A stretch of 64,000 nucleotides of DNA from Octopus vulgaris (Eukaryota), in contig OX597834.1 of assembly GCA_951406725.2 (NCBI GenBank), forward strand, positions 27,900,001 through 27,964,000. The letters run 5' to 3'. Shown here one piece after another: positions 15,030-28,726 of this stretch. Within the stretch, counting starts at the first letter, position 1. Every line of letters starts with the position of its first letter. Under the pieces are notes generated by a model, which was given only the letters and a program-made list of their open reading frames with translations, was not told where the DNA came from and ran no database searches. A program made the translations under genes and the position numbers.

Positions 15030-15580
15030 ATAGTAGTGGTGATGATGGTGGTGGTGGTGGTGGTATTAGTGGTGATGGTGGTGGTCGTGTTGATGGTGGT
15101 GGTGATGGTGGTGGTGGTGCTTCCATTAATAGTGATGATGGTGGTGACAGTAGTGGTTGTGGTTGTAGTGGTGGTGGTGGTGATGGTGATGGTGGTGGTA
15201 GTGTTGATGGTGGCGGTGATGGTGGTGGTGGTGCTTCCATTAATAGTGATGATGGTCGTGACAGTAGTGGTTGTGGTTGTAGTGGTGGTGGTGGTATTAG
15301 TGGTGGTGGTGGCGATGGTGATGGTGGTGGTAGTGTTGATGGTGGCGGTGATGGTGGTAGTGCCGCTTCCATTAATAGTGATGATGGTGGTGACAGTAGT
15401 GGTTGTGGTTGTAGTGGTGATGGTGGTGGTATTAGTGGTGGTGGTATTAGTGGTGGTGGTGGTGATGGTGATGGTGGTGGTAGTGTTGATGGTGGTGGTG
15501 GTGCTTCCATTAATAGTGATGATGGTCGTGACAGTAGTGGTTGTGGTTGTAGTGGTGGTGGTGGTTGTGGTGGTGGTGAT
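15030..15580. repeat. GGT-based minisatellite, four units
   Basis: The anchor gcttccattaatagtgatgatgg occurs at 15119, 15233, 15365 and 15503. Confidence 0.85.
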
Positions 15581-16141
15581 AATGGTAGTGTTCCTGGTGG
15601 TGTACTAGGGGCTGTAGTGGTGGTGGTAGTGGTGCAGGTAGTGGTAATCGTTGACTTAATGCTAGTAGGGGTGATAGTGGTGATGGTTGTGGCGGTGGTG
15701 GAAAGAGATGGGAGTGATGGTTGTAGTAGTGATGGTGGTGGTAGTTGTGGTGATAGTGGTAGTGTTGTTGTTGGTGGTAATGGGGATGGTGTTGCTGTTA
15801 TTTGTGTTGATGATGGTGATGACAGTAGTGGTTGTAGTGGTGGTGGTAGTGGTGGTGATAATGGTGGTTGTGGTGGTGATGATGGTAGTGCTGATGGTGG
15901 GGGTAACGGTGGTGTTACTAGAGGTTATGGCGGTGGTGGTCGTCGTCGCCGTCGTCGTCATTGTAGTAGTGGTAGTGGTGGTGGTGGTAGTGGTGGCAGT
16001 GGTGGTGGTGCAGATGGTGGTAATCGTTATATTTATGGTAGTAGGAATGATAGTGGCAGTGGTTGTGAAGGTGCTGGAGCGAGGAGTGATGGTTGTAGTA
16101 GTGATGGTGGTGGTAGTGAGAGTTAATTATGGTGGTGCTTC

Positions 16142-16205
<64 letters not shown>

Positions 16206-16460
16206 ACAGCAGCTGTAGCAGCACAGTGGTTGCGATGATAATCGTAGTGTTGGTGATAGTAATGCTGACAGTTTGGGTGGTGGAACAACGAAGTGGGAGT
16301 GGTAGTATAGGTGTTGTTTGCGAGTGGTAGCTTTGGCGATTGAGACGCGGTAGCAGTAGTGGATTTAAACCGCGATGATATTGGTTGTAGTAATGGTGGT
16401 GGTGGTGGTGGTGGTGGTGGTGGTGGTGGTGGTGGTGGTGGTGGTGGTGGTGGTGGTGGT

Positions 16461-16689
16461 TTCATGAAAACAGTTTATTTAGCCGAGCATGGTGGAAAGG
16501 GTCAGCTGTCCACAGCCAGCAGACTAAGGTGACACTTGTTTACTGGTCACGCTTCAAGGACCCTGGGAAGAACTCTTGCAGCTCCAAGCAATTCTGATTT
16601 TTCTAGGTGTTCTACCTTCACACTTGCACCGATCTTTTTCAGCCATATTGGTAGTTGAGTGCAGATACTTCCAAGAGCACCAATTACTA
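16461..16689 (-). mobile_element. R4/Dong-like LINE extreme 3' fragment
   Basis: Encodes VIGALGSICTQLPIWLKKIGASVKVEHLEKSELLGAARVLPRVLEA*, followed by a short 3' UTR running into (ACC)n. Confidence 0.7.
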
Positions 16690-16817
16690 ACTTTGCCTTT
16701 CATCCTTTCGGGGTCGATTAAATAAGTACCAGTTACGCACTGGGGTCGATATAATCGACTTAATCCGTTTGTCTGTCCTTGTTTGTCCTCTACCTTGAGG
16801 GTAGTAAAGAAATAGGT
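16690..16817 (+). mobile_element. SINE family C, 3' part
   Basis: ctttgcctttcatcctttcggggtcgat...gtagtaaagaaatagg. Confidence 0.85.
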
Positions 16818-16838
16818 ATCACGTCTACTCTCCTCATT

Positions 16839-16918
16839 GACCACAACCTTCGTATTTCCTCCCTTCGTAGACCACAACCTTCGTATTTCCTCCCTTCGTA
16901 GACCACAACCTTCGTATT
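16839..16918. repeat. 31-bp tandem repeat, about 2.5 copies
   Basis: gaccacaaccttcgtatt starts at 16839, 16870 and 16901. Confidence 0.9.
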
Positions 16919-17625
16919 ATTATTATGATTATTCTTATTTCTTTCTATCACAGGTTTTGTTAGAGCTCCTGGAATCTTACATGCGTAGCAGGCTTGCTAT
17001 CTGCAGCCTATGGTACTATGCTATCCATTCTTTTCAGCTGTCTAATACTTTCCTGATTATACTGACCGTGCCAAGGAGGCAAACCTTTCGTAACAGTTCT
17101 ACTGGGCACTCTATTCCTATTTCCTTTATATTCCCCTTGATGCCTTCTGATATTGTTCCCAAGGCCCCAACAATAATTGGCACTGTCTTCGCCCTCTTCA
17201 TTTTCTATAGCCTGTCTATTTCGTACTTAAGAGGGTTGTATTTATCTATCTTTGCGCCTTCCTTCTTGAATATTCGTGGGGAAAAGAGGCATGCAACATC
17301 AGCTATGTAGCGTATGTGGTGCGTCTTGTCCACCACCACTAGGTCCGGTCTGTTACGCTCTTCCATCTGATCTGTTTGGATTGGGAAATCCCAGAGGATT
17401 TTACTAGTCTCCGACTCCGCTGCTCTCTGCGGTTTGTGCTCATACCACGTCTTGCCTCTCTCTAGACCCCACTTCTCACACAGTTTCCAATGTAGCACTT
17501 TCGCGACCTGATCGTGTCGCCACAACTTGTAATGGTTTGAGGAAACCCTAGGGCATTCGTTCGTGATGTGGGCAATGGTTTCGTCCACTCTGTTGCAGAT
17601 GCGGAACAGCGGAGACACGTGCTCC
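16916..17625 (-). mobile_element. R4/Dong-clade LINE 3' fragment (zinc knuckle and restriction-like endonuclease)
   Basis: RICNRVDETIAHITNEC (decayed CCHC), RHDQVAKVLHW, ILWDFPIQTD, NRPDLVVVDK...ADVAC, KIDKY and PIIVGALG, with one internal stop. The 3' UTR ends in (TAA)n. Confidence 0.9.
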
Positions 17626-17690
17626 TAAGATTAACCCTCTAGTTCGTGGCCAAAGCTTGGTCTTGCGCTCGATTATTTTTATTATTATTA

Positions 17691-17754
<64 letters not shown>

Positions 17755-17984
17755 GGCGGCGAGCTGGCAGAAACGTTAGCACGCCGGGCGAAATGCGTAG
17801 CCGTATTTCGTCTGCCGTTACGTTCTGAGTTCAAATTCCGCCTAGGTTGACTTTGCCTTTCATCCTTTCGGGGTCGATAAATTAAGTACCAGTTACGCAC
17901 TGGGGTCGATGTAATCGACTTAATCCGATTGTCTGTCCTTGTTTGTCCCCTCTGTGTGTAGCCCCTTGTGGGTAGTAAAGAAAT
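17755..17984 (+). mobile_element. SINE family C, full length
   Basis: ggcggcgagctggcagaaacgttagc...gagttcaaattcc (B box)...Meta-like centre...gtaaagaaat, flanked by (TTA)n. Confidence 0.9.
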
Positions 17985-17985
17985 A

Positions 17986-18039
<54 letters not shown>

Positions 18040-18512
18040 GCGGATATACGAAGATTTGAACACGCCATTCTTTCATCTCTCGCTTACTTATACCGATATA
18101 CCTTATGAAATATTGGAGGGAGAAGAAAGCAGACAAATGAAAAACCGACTCGTAAAGCCTTCCTACCTCCGACTTCACCGGAATACCACTCCAGCTCCGC
18201 CCTCAACCACCCTTCATTCTTCATCCATCAGTTAAGACCGAACCCCGATTCTGTCAGTCGGTGTGAAAGTGTGTTCCGGGTGACTCCGTACACTATGTAG
18301 AGATGCTAGTGAAACAGTGGAGACACATCTATCACTTCACAATGTCTGACATGTATGGAATCCATTTTATGGTGAGATTCACGTCTTTATTCGCATTCGA
18401 CTTCCGGAAGAATCCTTCCTTTTCGTTTACATCATTTCTCAATCTCTAGCTTTTTCTCTTTCTCTCAAACTCTCTCTCTCTCTCTCTCTCCACCCCTTTT
18501 CTTTTGCTGACT

Positions 18513-18560
<48 letters not shown>

Positions 18561-18615
18561 ATATGTGTGTATGTGAGTGTGCACGCGTGTATGTATACAT
18601 ATTCAAAAATGCATC

Positions 18616-18676
<61 letters not shown>

Positions 18677-18688
18677 ATATATACATAT

Positions 18689-18960
18689 GTGGAGGCGCAG
18701 TGGCTAGGGCAGCAAACTCGCGGTCGTAGGATCGCGGTTTCGATTCCCAGACCGGGCGTTGTGAGTGTTTATTGAGCGAAAACACCTTAAAGCTCCACAA
18801 TGCTCCGGCAGGGGATGGTGATCCCTGCTGTACTCTTTCACCACTCTTTCTTCTATTGGCCTGCTCGCTTAGCCAGCGGGGTGGCGTCATTCGAAGGCTA
18901 AAACAATGCGAAGCGCATTGTGACCAGCGATGAGTAACAACATCTGATGGTCTGGTCGGT

Positions 18961-18967
<7 letters not shown>
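18689..18967 (+). mobile_element. SINE head B with tail type 2
   Basis: gtggaggcgca...ggtttcgattccc...ggtcggtcacgtga, located in (TA)n. Confidence 0.9.
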
Positions 18968-19017
<50 letters not shown>

Positions 19018-19018
19018 C

Positions 19019-19063
<45 letters not shown>

Positions 19064-19505
19064 CATCCATATAGATAAATATATATAATACATACATATA
19101 TTTACAGGCACAGACATACACACACTCATCTACATATATGTATGTGTACATATATGTATGTATACATATATGTATATATACATATATATATATATACATA
19201 TATATGTATGTATGTATGTATGTATATATTGTCTGTCTGTAAGACAGGAACGCCAGTTGGTAGCATGGTAATCTTTTTACAGCTGAGTGGACTGGAGCAA
19301 CGTAAAATAAAGTGTTTTACTCCAAAGCACAACATACTGACTGTCTAGGAATCGAAATCACGATCTTGGATGCACCAACCTAAAAGCTATTCCACAAAGT
19401 GGGGTCGAGTTCATTTTTAATTTCGAATGTCAGGTGGGAATTGAAGTTTCGCCTATCAACTTACCCAGCATGCTGAATAAGCCAACGTAAACATACATAA
19501 ATACA

Positions 19506-19598
<93 letters not shown>

Positions 19599-19981
19599 AG
19601 CTTAGAGAAGAAGAAGAAACCAAACGAAACCAAACGAATCGAATCGAATCGACGCGAAGGCGCTCAGTCATACAATAGTGTAATAAATAAAATATATGCA
19701 TACATACAAACATATATGTACGTACCTACATCTACATGTATATATATACATGCATATATAAATATATATACGTGTGTACAGGACACCACAAATAGACGTA
19801 GAACTCAACGAGAAACGAAAACGTAAAAACAGCATGGAACGGACCATTTTTTTTAACAACGAAAAAACAGAGTACAAGACAACTACACAAGGAAAAATCC
19901 CCTTCATCAGCTGTCCCTAGTTCAACTCCAGCGTGTTTCGAAGGTGAGAACATATATGTACACATATGGTGAGGGTCATTC

Positions 19982-20199
19982 TGTTTTAATGCCTTATCAA
20001 TTAACACATTCACCGGTTCGATTTTCACTCACTTACTTATTTATTTTTACTAAAATTTTCGTTGCTTTTTCAACCTCTTCAAGAGTCGTTGACTGATGAG
20101 GGGGGGTTGCAAGAACAAACGAGCATTTTCGAAAAAATAAATAAGTAAATGAGTGGAAATCGAACCGGTGAGTGTGTTAATTGATAAGGCATTAAAACA
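19982..20199. repeat. ~218-bp imperfect palindrome with ~66-bp arms
   Basis: tgttttaatgccttatcaattaacacattcaccggttcgattttcactc... pairs with ...gagtggaaatcgaaccggtgagtgtgttaattgataaggcattaaaaca. Confidence 0.85.
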
Positions 20200-20289
20200 A
20201 CTACTCTCCCCAGAAACAGTAAAATATGCTTCAGCACACGAATTCACATAAAGAATCTTGCAAACCAAATATAAAGATGAATCATATGC

Positions 20290-20341
<52 letters not shown>

Positions 20342-20724
20342 GCATGTGTATGTCTTTCACGCTTTCCCTCTCTCTCTCTCTCTCTCACTCTCTCTCTCTC
20401 ATACTTCTCTGCCCCTACCTCATTCATCGCCTCTCACACTGCCACTCTCACACTCTGCTTCTCTCGCTCCCCCCCCCCACCAATTTCTTTCTCGTTCTAT
20501 CTCTCTTTACCTCTCAATCTCTCTGTATCTCTCCTCGCTTCTTGTCCACTCCTTAAACTATCGTCTTCCTCACTCACTAACCCTGTCAATCATCACTCTG
20601 ACTGACGTTGAGTTATGCTAAACTCTCAAAAAAATATGCCACTGTAACGGTACTGAGAGTAGGGTTGCACACAAATTCTCATTTGTCATTGTTGCTTTCA
20701 TCATCATCATCATCGTCATCATCG

Positions 20725-20779
<55 letters not shown>

Positions 20780-20789
20780 TATTATTATT

Positions 20790-21345
20790 GAGTGAGAGAG
20801 CAGTTCATGCCATCAAAGTGACACTGGGGTAAAATATACAAAGCCCGGTATACCCATCATGACTACCCGCCTGATAAGGGTACACTAGGCACATGCATCA
20901 CAACCATATGTGCGCGACATGATGATCTCATATCGAGATAAACAGCGCATAACCTTGCAGGTGGAGCCCAGTCAGAATTTTCTTTTGGTCGAGTAGCCCA
21001 TCCTGCTCAAAAGGTCCATGAATAAGGATTGTTTAAGGATGTTGAACAAACCACCCTATTTCCAAAGGTGAATTATCAAAACCTCTAAGAATTCCTTTCA
21101 ACACACGGCTATGATGCTCCCCCACTACGTCTGCTCGTGGTCAGAGATGCACATATCGTCAGCCACTAAGGGACATGGTCAACTGGTTAAGGTCAAACAA
21201 CTGACAAACAAATCTGTGGTATTGAGTAGAATATTTGCTGTAGCCCATCTTATATAGCTATACAAAACAATGTACATGATAACACTGCCAATCAGTTAAG
21301 ATCAGAAGCCATGAGAGCCACTGTCTGGTACTGCATCAGGGCGCA

Positions 21346-21347
<2 letters not shown>
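20790..21347 (-). mobile_element. Putative non-coding element inserted in (TAA)n
   Basis: A ~560-bp complex island with sharp edges between TTA tracts and no ORF. It is single copy here, so both the element call and the strand are inferred. Confidence 0.45.
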
Positions 21348-21404
<57 letters not shown>

Positions 21405-21419
21405 TACTACTACTACTAC

Positions 21420-21476
<57 letters not shown>

Positions 21477-21485
21477 TACTACTAC

Positions 21486-21521
<36 letters not shown>

Positions 21522-21529
21522 CATTATTG

Positions 21530-21830
21530 AGGACGCACGGCCTAGTGGTTAGGGTGTTGCACTCACGATTGCGAGATTGTGGTTTCAATTCCTAGACCGA
21601 GTGGTGCGTTGTGTTCTTGGGCAAAACACTTCATCTCGCGTTGCTCGCCAATCACTTCGACACCTGGCGTGTGGTACACCGTACACCTGTTCAGGTAACG
21701 TCGATTTGATGGGGGGAGTGAGCTAATGTACAAGCAAATGCATTTCGTCGCTATAAGCAAATCCTTTGTGCAGGTCCTTCGGCAAAAACTGAACCCTCGA
21801 ACGTCGTCTTCAATTGGGAGAATCCATCAT
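21530..21830 (+). mobile_element. Diverged SINE, D-like head with a distinct tail
   Basis: A box cggcctagtgg, B box ggtttcaattcc, then gttcttgggcaaaacactt. Confidence 0.7.
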
Positions 21831-22328
21831 TATAGGAGCGAGTTAGTAGACGTGATATAGCGTCGTAAAAAATAATTTGCAGTGTTTCTTCTTTCGGCTA
21901 TTTACGTCCAGTGTTCAAATTCTGCTGAGTTCGATTTAGCCTTTTATCTTTTCGGGGTCGATAAATTAGTGTCCCAGTTTAGCACTGGAATCGGTGTATT
22001 TAGCTAGACCCGACCCCAAAATTTCAGGCTTGTGCCTATAGTAGAAAGGATTATTATTAGCAGTATACCACTTGTAGTAGTAGTAGAGGTTATGGCGGTA
22101 GTGGTCGTCGTCGCCGTCGTCGTCATTGTAGTAGTGGTAGTGGTGGTAGTGGTGGTGGTGGTGGTGGTGGTGGTGGCAGTGGTGGTGGTGCAGGTGGTGG
22201 TAATCGTTATATTTATGGTAGTAGGAATGATAGTGGCAGTGGTTGTGAAGGTGGTGGAGCGAGGAGTGATGGTTGTAGTAGCGAGATGGTGGTGGTGGTA
22301 GTGAGAGTTAATTATGGTGGTGCTTCAC

Positions 22329-22369
<41 letters not shown>

Positions 22370-22629
22370 AGAGCAGTAATAGTAGCAGAAGCAGCAGTGG
22401 ATCTATTCAATTTGACGGACAGATTTTTTAATTAATACTTTTTAACTAAACACTTTGAAACTTCGGACACTGGTAGAATGTGTCACATAGAACAGGTTTT
22501 ATTCTTAACGTTTTTGACACTGCGTGGCACCTTGGGCAAGTATGTGTGTGTGTGTGTGTGTGTATGTTTGTGTGTCTGTGTTTGTCCCTCCAGCATCGCT
22601 TGAAAAGAAGCTCGTCGTATATATGTATA

Positions 22630-22694
<65 letters not shown>

Positions 22695-22699
22695 TTATG

Positions 22700-22892
22700 T
22701 GTCTGTATTTGTCCCCCCAACATCACTTGACAACCGATGCTGGTGTGTTTACGTCACCGTAACTTAGAGGTTCGGCAAAAAAGAAATCGATAGAATGAGT
22801 ACTAGGCTTATACAAAGTCCCGGGGTCGATTTGCTCGACTGAAGGCGGTGCACCAGCATGGGCACAGTCACATGACTGAAACAAGTAAAAGA
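22700..22892 (+). mobile_element. SINE family A, 3' half
   Basis: Tail matches other A copies and ends caagtaaaagag. Confidence 0.85.
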
Positions 22893-23028
22893 GATTCAGT
22901 AAGATGTTTAATTATTTCAGTTCTCATGTTTATTAATCTTCTCAGTTTTCGTATGATTTGTTATAAAAAATATTTTCAGATTCCGTACGAGGTTTCATCG
23001 TTTCGCATTTTCTTTTTTCTTTTTCTTT

Positions 23029-23405
23029 TACTCTCTTTTCTCTCTTTTACTTGTTTCAGTCATTTGACTGCGGCCATGCTGGAGCACCGCCTTTTAGTCG
23101 AGCAAATCGACCCCGGGACTTATTCTTTGTAAGCCCAGTACTTATTCTATCGGCCTCTTTTGCCGAACCGCTAGGTGACGGGGACGTAAACACACCAGGG
23201 GGACAAACACATACACACATACATATATATATATACATATATACGACAGGCTTCTTTCAGTTTCCGTCTACCAAATCCACTCAAAAGGCATTGGTCGGCC
23301 CGGGGCTATAGCAGAAGACACTTGCCCAATGTGCCACGCAGTGGGACTGAACCCGGAACCATGTGGTTGGTTAGCAAGCTACTTACCACACAGCCACTCC
23401 TGCGC
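23029..23405 (-). mobile_element. SINE family A, near full length
   Basis: Matches 13327-13728 with a short internal deletion. Confidence 0.9.
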
Positions 23406-24256
23406 CTTTCTTTTTTTTGTTTTGTTTCATTAAGGGTTAACCCTTTTTTTGTTATATTTGAAGGAGATAAGCAAAAGTATCGATATTTCTCATAAAACGT
23501 GGGGGGATAAACCAATATTTTAATAGGGGTGAGAAAACCAAAAGTACCTGCGATGGTTCACAATGTTCCTTACTTAGTGGCTTTCAAAGTGAACAGTCCA
23601 ACAGAACAGACTTTTAAGTTCCCATGTTACATCCGCCCCACTCGATTTTCTGTTGTTTCTGTTGTTGTTGTTTTTGTTGTTGTGGTTGCTGTTGATTTTA
23701 TCATATTTTTTTTGTTTCTTTTGTCCTTTATTTGTTTTTATTGTCATTTCTATGTTTTCTGCTCTTCCATCTTCGTCAAAATTTGATTGCGCGCGTACAC
23801 GCGTGTGTATGTGTGTGTGTGTATGTGTATACGTATGTGTGTGGTGTGTGTGCGTGTGTGTGTATGTGCGCGTTTGTGTGTGTGTGCATTGCGGCTACAG
23901 AAACCAGCATCCTATGCCACACACATACACACGCACACACACGTAGACACACACTCACACACATATACTCACACTCAATCACATACTCACGCACGCACAC
24001 GTGCTCACACACTATATACAAATGCATCTTTCTCTCTCTCTCTCTTCCTCTCATTACACACACACACATACGTACGTATATATGTGTGTGTATGTGTGAA
24101 TATATATATATATATATATTCACAAACACACACATATATATATATACATATATATAAATGCATATATATATATATATATACATTTACACACGCATGCATA
24201 TATATACACACATATATATACATGCATATATATATATTTATATATATATATATATT

Positions 24257-24321
<65 letters not shown>

Positions 24322-24468
24322 GCAGAGAGAGAGAGAGGGGGGTGTATGTATGTATATATGAGTGTACATATGAATGGCCACCTCACTCTCACTCTCATTC
24401 TTCCCATATATATAATATATATATATCAATACACATGTATGCATATTTATATACATCTATGTTTGTCC

Positions 24469-24559
<91 letters not shown>

Positions 24560-24718
24560 CATTTCCAGCGTTAAGTATTTTCTCTGTACCTAAGGGACCT
24601 CCTTCACACGGAATACCGATCTCATTCTCGCCGTTATTCTTCAACGAAATATTTCTTGACATAATTTACACATAAGTGCTTAGTGACTTTTAGCATTGTA
24701 TAACCTACACCAATAGCG

Positions 24719-24896
<178 letters not shown>

Positions 24897-24956
24897 GATA
24901 GAGAGAGAGTGAATGAGTGAGTGAGTGAGAGACAGAAACAGGCTGACAGAGAGAGA

Positions 24957-25003
<47 letters not shown>

Positions 25004-25724
25004 TGTGTGTGTGTGTGTGTGTATCTTTGCGCTAATACGTATGTGTGAATGCTTAAGTTTTTAAGGACTATGACCTTTTTAGGGGACTCTACGACTCATG
25101 GGAAGAAATAAGGAAGATGCCCTTAGACTATATATATATATATTCATTCGTCCGATGATTCAACGAGAACCGTCTTGTCGACTGATGATTTGCACGATAA
25201 TTTTGTTTAAAATGAAGAAGAATTGCCTATCATCAAACACACTCTTTCGTCAGAGACCATCTTCAATCCAGTGGCAAGACCAGCTAGAGACAACTAGGGA
25301 TGGAGACAGACGCAGTGGACGATCAAGATGTCTTGACTTGTCGCATCGTGCTCTCTCTGCACACCACAATGCGTTGCTGCAACCATTTTCCCCTCCGTTG
25401 AACCATGAAGATTTCTCCCGCAGAGTCAACCGGGTCTAATTTCACATCTATAGAAAGGCAAGCTCTAACGTGCTAATTAATACATAACTGGGCCCTTGAT
25501 AGGTGCTACTACTCCAGGTCAAAATTAACCTGGGAAATATAATGGTTTCAAATTTTCGCACTAGGTCAACAACTTCGAGGAGGCAGTAAGTCGATTACAT
25601 CGATCTCAATACTCAATTGGTACTTATTTTATCGATCCCGAAGGTTGAAAGGTAAAGTCGGCCTCGGCGGCATTTGAACTCAGAACGTAAAGATGTCCAA
25701 AATTTGAGACAAAAAACCGCGGGT

Positions 25725-26196
25725 ACTTAGTTGCCAACCCAATATAATTCAAACGTGGATGAGAGAAGCAGACATGCTGCCGAACGTTGCTGTGTTGCGC
25801 AGGATTGGAAATGTGAAACATCAACAGGGCACTTCAGAATGCACGAATGGGATTGTTGTGCCTTTACCCAGCCGCGCGCACACGTACATGGTGCCCCGTT
25901 GATGCTTCATGTTACCAAAATGAAATATCAACATGGTGCCGACAAAAATTTTAATGTTCTTCTCATTTCCTTCGCGAAATTGGGCAAAAAGGTTTTCATG
26001 AAATATTAGACGCTACTTATAATGCATAAAAAAAAACGTCCGCATTAGACAAGAAGTTGAAAAATTTTTTGGCCCATGATACTCCATGGACCCATTGTAA
26101 TGCATGTGTAAATTTTCATTGGGTGGATCTCGAGTTTTAACGATATGACAAACACACGGACAGACACACACCCTGTGTTTTAAATATATATGTAGA
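25725..26196 (-). mobile_element. Old Helitron-like element
   Basis: The right end resembles the 5' ends of the other Helitrons (aaattttcattgg...cagacacacac...ttttaaatatatatgtagat). The left boundary is uncertain. Confidence 0.35.
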
Positions 26197-26553
26197 TATG
26201 CCTGTGTAAGTAGGCGGACATGGATCTGTGGTTAAAAAGCTTGCTTTGTAACCATGTGATCTCGGGTTCAGTCCCACTGCGCGGTACCTTGGGCAAGTGT
26301 GTTCTACTATAGGCTGCGAGTGAATTTGGTATACGGAAACTGTGTGGAAGCCCATTGTGTATACACGAGTGGGTGGACAAATGAAAGTACCACGGACAAA
26401 ATGTTTTGATCCATATATATGTGTGTGTGTCTTGTCTATGTCTGTGTCTGTGTGTGTCTGTGTGTGTGCGTGTTTATGTGTGTGTGATGTGTATGTATCT
26501 ATATCTATTTATCAGTCTCTATCTGGATAAAGGCCTCTCTCCCTTTCTCCTTG

Positions 26554-26595
<42 letters not shown>

Positions 26596-26824
26596 CATAT
26601 ATATATATGAATAAAAAATGGAGTTAACGCAGGTGTAATCAAATATTTTTACTTTCGACACATGTTTCGAAAATTCCACTGATACTAATCAAAAGAATAA
26701 ATGGTATAAACAATGCAATCTTCTCCTCTATGGTAACTATTTATTTTTTCCGTGTTTTGCTGCCCTGGTAACTATTTATTTATTTTTTCCGTGTTAATTG
26801 TTAAGAAGGTAAAAATACACTCAT

Positions 26825-26936
<112 letters not shown>

Positions 26937-27214
26937 CAATGGTTCTGCATTTTGTAGAGCGGCGAACCCTAGCAAGATACAAAAAAACACATATGACTGT
27001 GTTTTTGTCATCTTTGCTTCCATTAAAACTAACATCTTGACGACAAAGACAAGAAAAACGACGTCAACATCACAAACAAATAACAACAAATAATAAAACA
27101 AGATCACAAGAAAGAGAGAGAGTGTGTAAGAGAGGATGAGAGGAAATATGAAAGAGAGAGAGTGAGAGAGAGAGAGACGTGGAGACAGACAGATTGACAG
27201 ATAGACAGACAGAC

Positions 27215-27311
<97 letters not shown>

Positions 27312-28294
27312 GATAGATAGATAGATAGACAGAAAAAAAGTAATAAGAAAAAATTCAGAAAATAAAAATGCCTTGAGTAGATGCAAGCGAACAGAAGACG
27401 TTAACGTAACGTGTAAGTAAAAAGCTTTTTCTCGACTTTCGCTTGGTTATCTTCTCTCTCTCTCTGCCTCTCGCCCTTACTTTCTATCTCCCTCTTTCTC
27501 TCTCACTCTATCTCCCGAAGAATCAATTGGTAAGACGTAATAAGAATGGCTACAGCTACACGCTTGCCTGCTTCTCTGGCCAGGACAAATTTCTGAACAA
27601 GTGAAGCTTAGCAATTCTATTTGTCACTTGATCTTGTTCGAATACAAATTAAAAGGTTAGTTAGAAATGTCACATCGAAAACATCTGCAACAAATGCTTT
27701 TAACTCATATGAAAATATTGATTAAGTCTAAAACTGTGAAACAATAATTTCGTTGACCTTTCAATATGGAGTAAAATGCCGCCACTTTACGAAGACGATT
27801 TTTCTTCTATTCCAGTTTTGTCGAGTATTTCACCTCCTTGACATTAAGACCTGGTCCTCCTGCGACCAATCCCGAAATCTTAAGAGTTCTTTCCGCTCTA
27901 AAGAGTATTAAGAAATATGTGATTTTCGCTAAAGTTTCTCGTTTTGATCAAAGAAAAACGTGTACTTTTAAGAGCCGGGGAAACATCGCCTATGTTGACC
28001 TTTTTGTTTTTAGCATTTTAAAACCAAGTTGTTTCGCTAAAGAATTCGCTAAAGAATCACAGTTCCATTATTGAGGTTTATCGATGTTGTTTATGTTTGC
28101 GTTTGCTGCCAAACACTCACAACTAACATCACTTCCATTCCAGAACGGCTATATCAGGCTTACCTTTATGCCTAACACTTGTTTATCAACTAATCCTCGC
28201 CAACGCTTGTTTTTATTCGCCTTAAATCCGAGATACAATATATTTTTTTTTCCTTTCTTTCTTTCTTTTCTCTCTTTCTCCCTGTCTCTGTCTC

Positions 28295-28333
<39 letters not shown>

Positions 28334-28504
28334 ACTCTTCGACCACAGATGCTTCCCAACCACCACCACCACCACCACCACCACCACCACACCACCTTTT
28401 AATCATCTTCGTCGTTCACTCATCTATCATCTATGTTCTCTTCATCTTTCTCTCCTTCCTTCCTTTCTACCTTTCTTCTTGCTCTTCTGAATAATGTAAC
28501 CAGA

Positions 28505-28558
<54 letters not shown>

Positions 28559-28591
28559 ATTTATATATATATATATTATATCTAGATATTA

Positions 28592-28726
<135 letters not shown>

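Noticed and set aside
14974-15510. Extensin-like proline-rich repeat ORF
   Set aside because: Unit lengths are multiples of three simply because the array is triplet-based, and the opposite strand is equally open.
16839-16918. CRISPR-like short repeats
   Set aside because: The intervening sequences are identical, so this is a plain tandem repeat in eukaryotic DNA with no cas genes.
19895-19945. Minus-strand GAAA...CTGATGA, possible type II hammerhead
   Set aside because: Stems I and III cannot be formed; at most a decayed relic.
28164-28221. Possible 57-nt minus-strand exon ending AG|GTAAG
   Set aside because: The acceptor context is weak and the peptide is unrecognisable.
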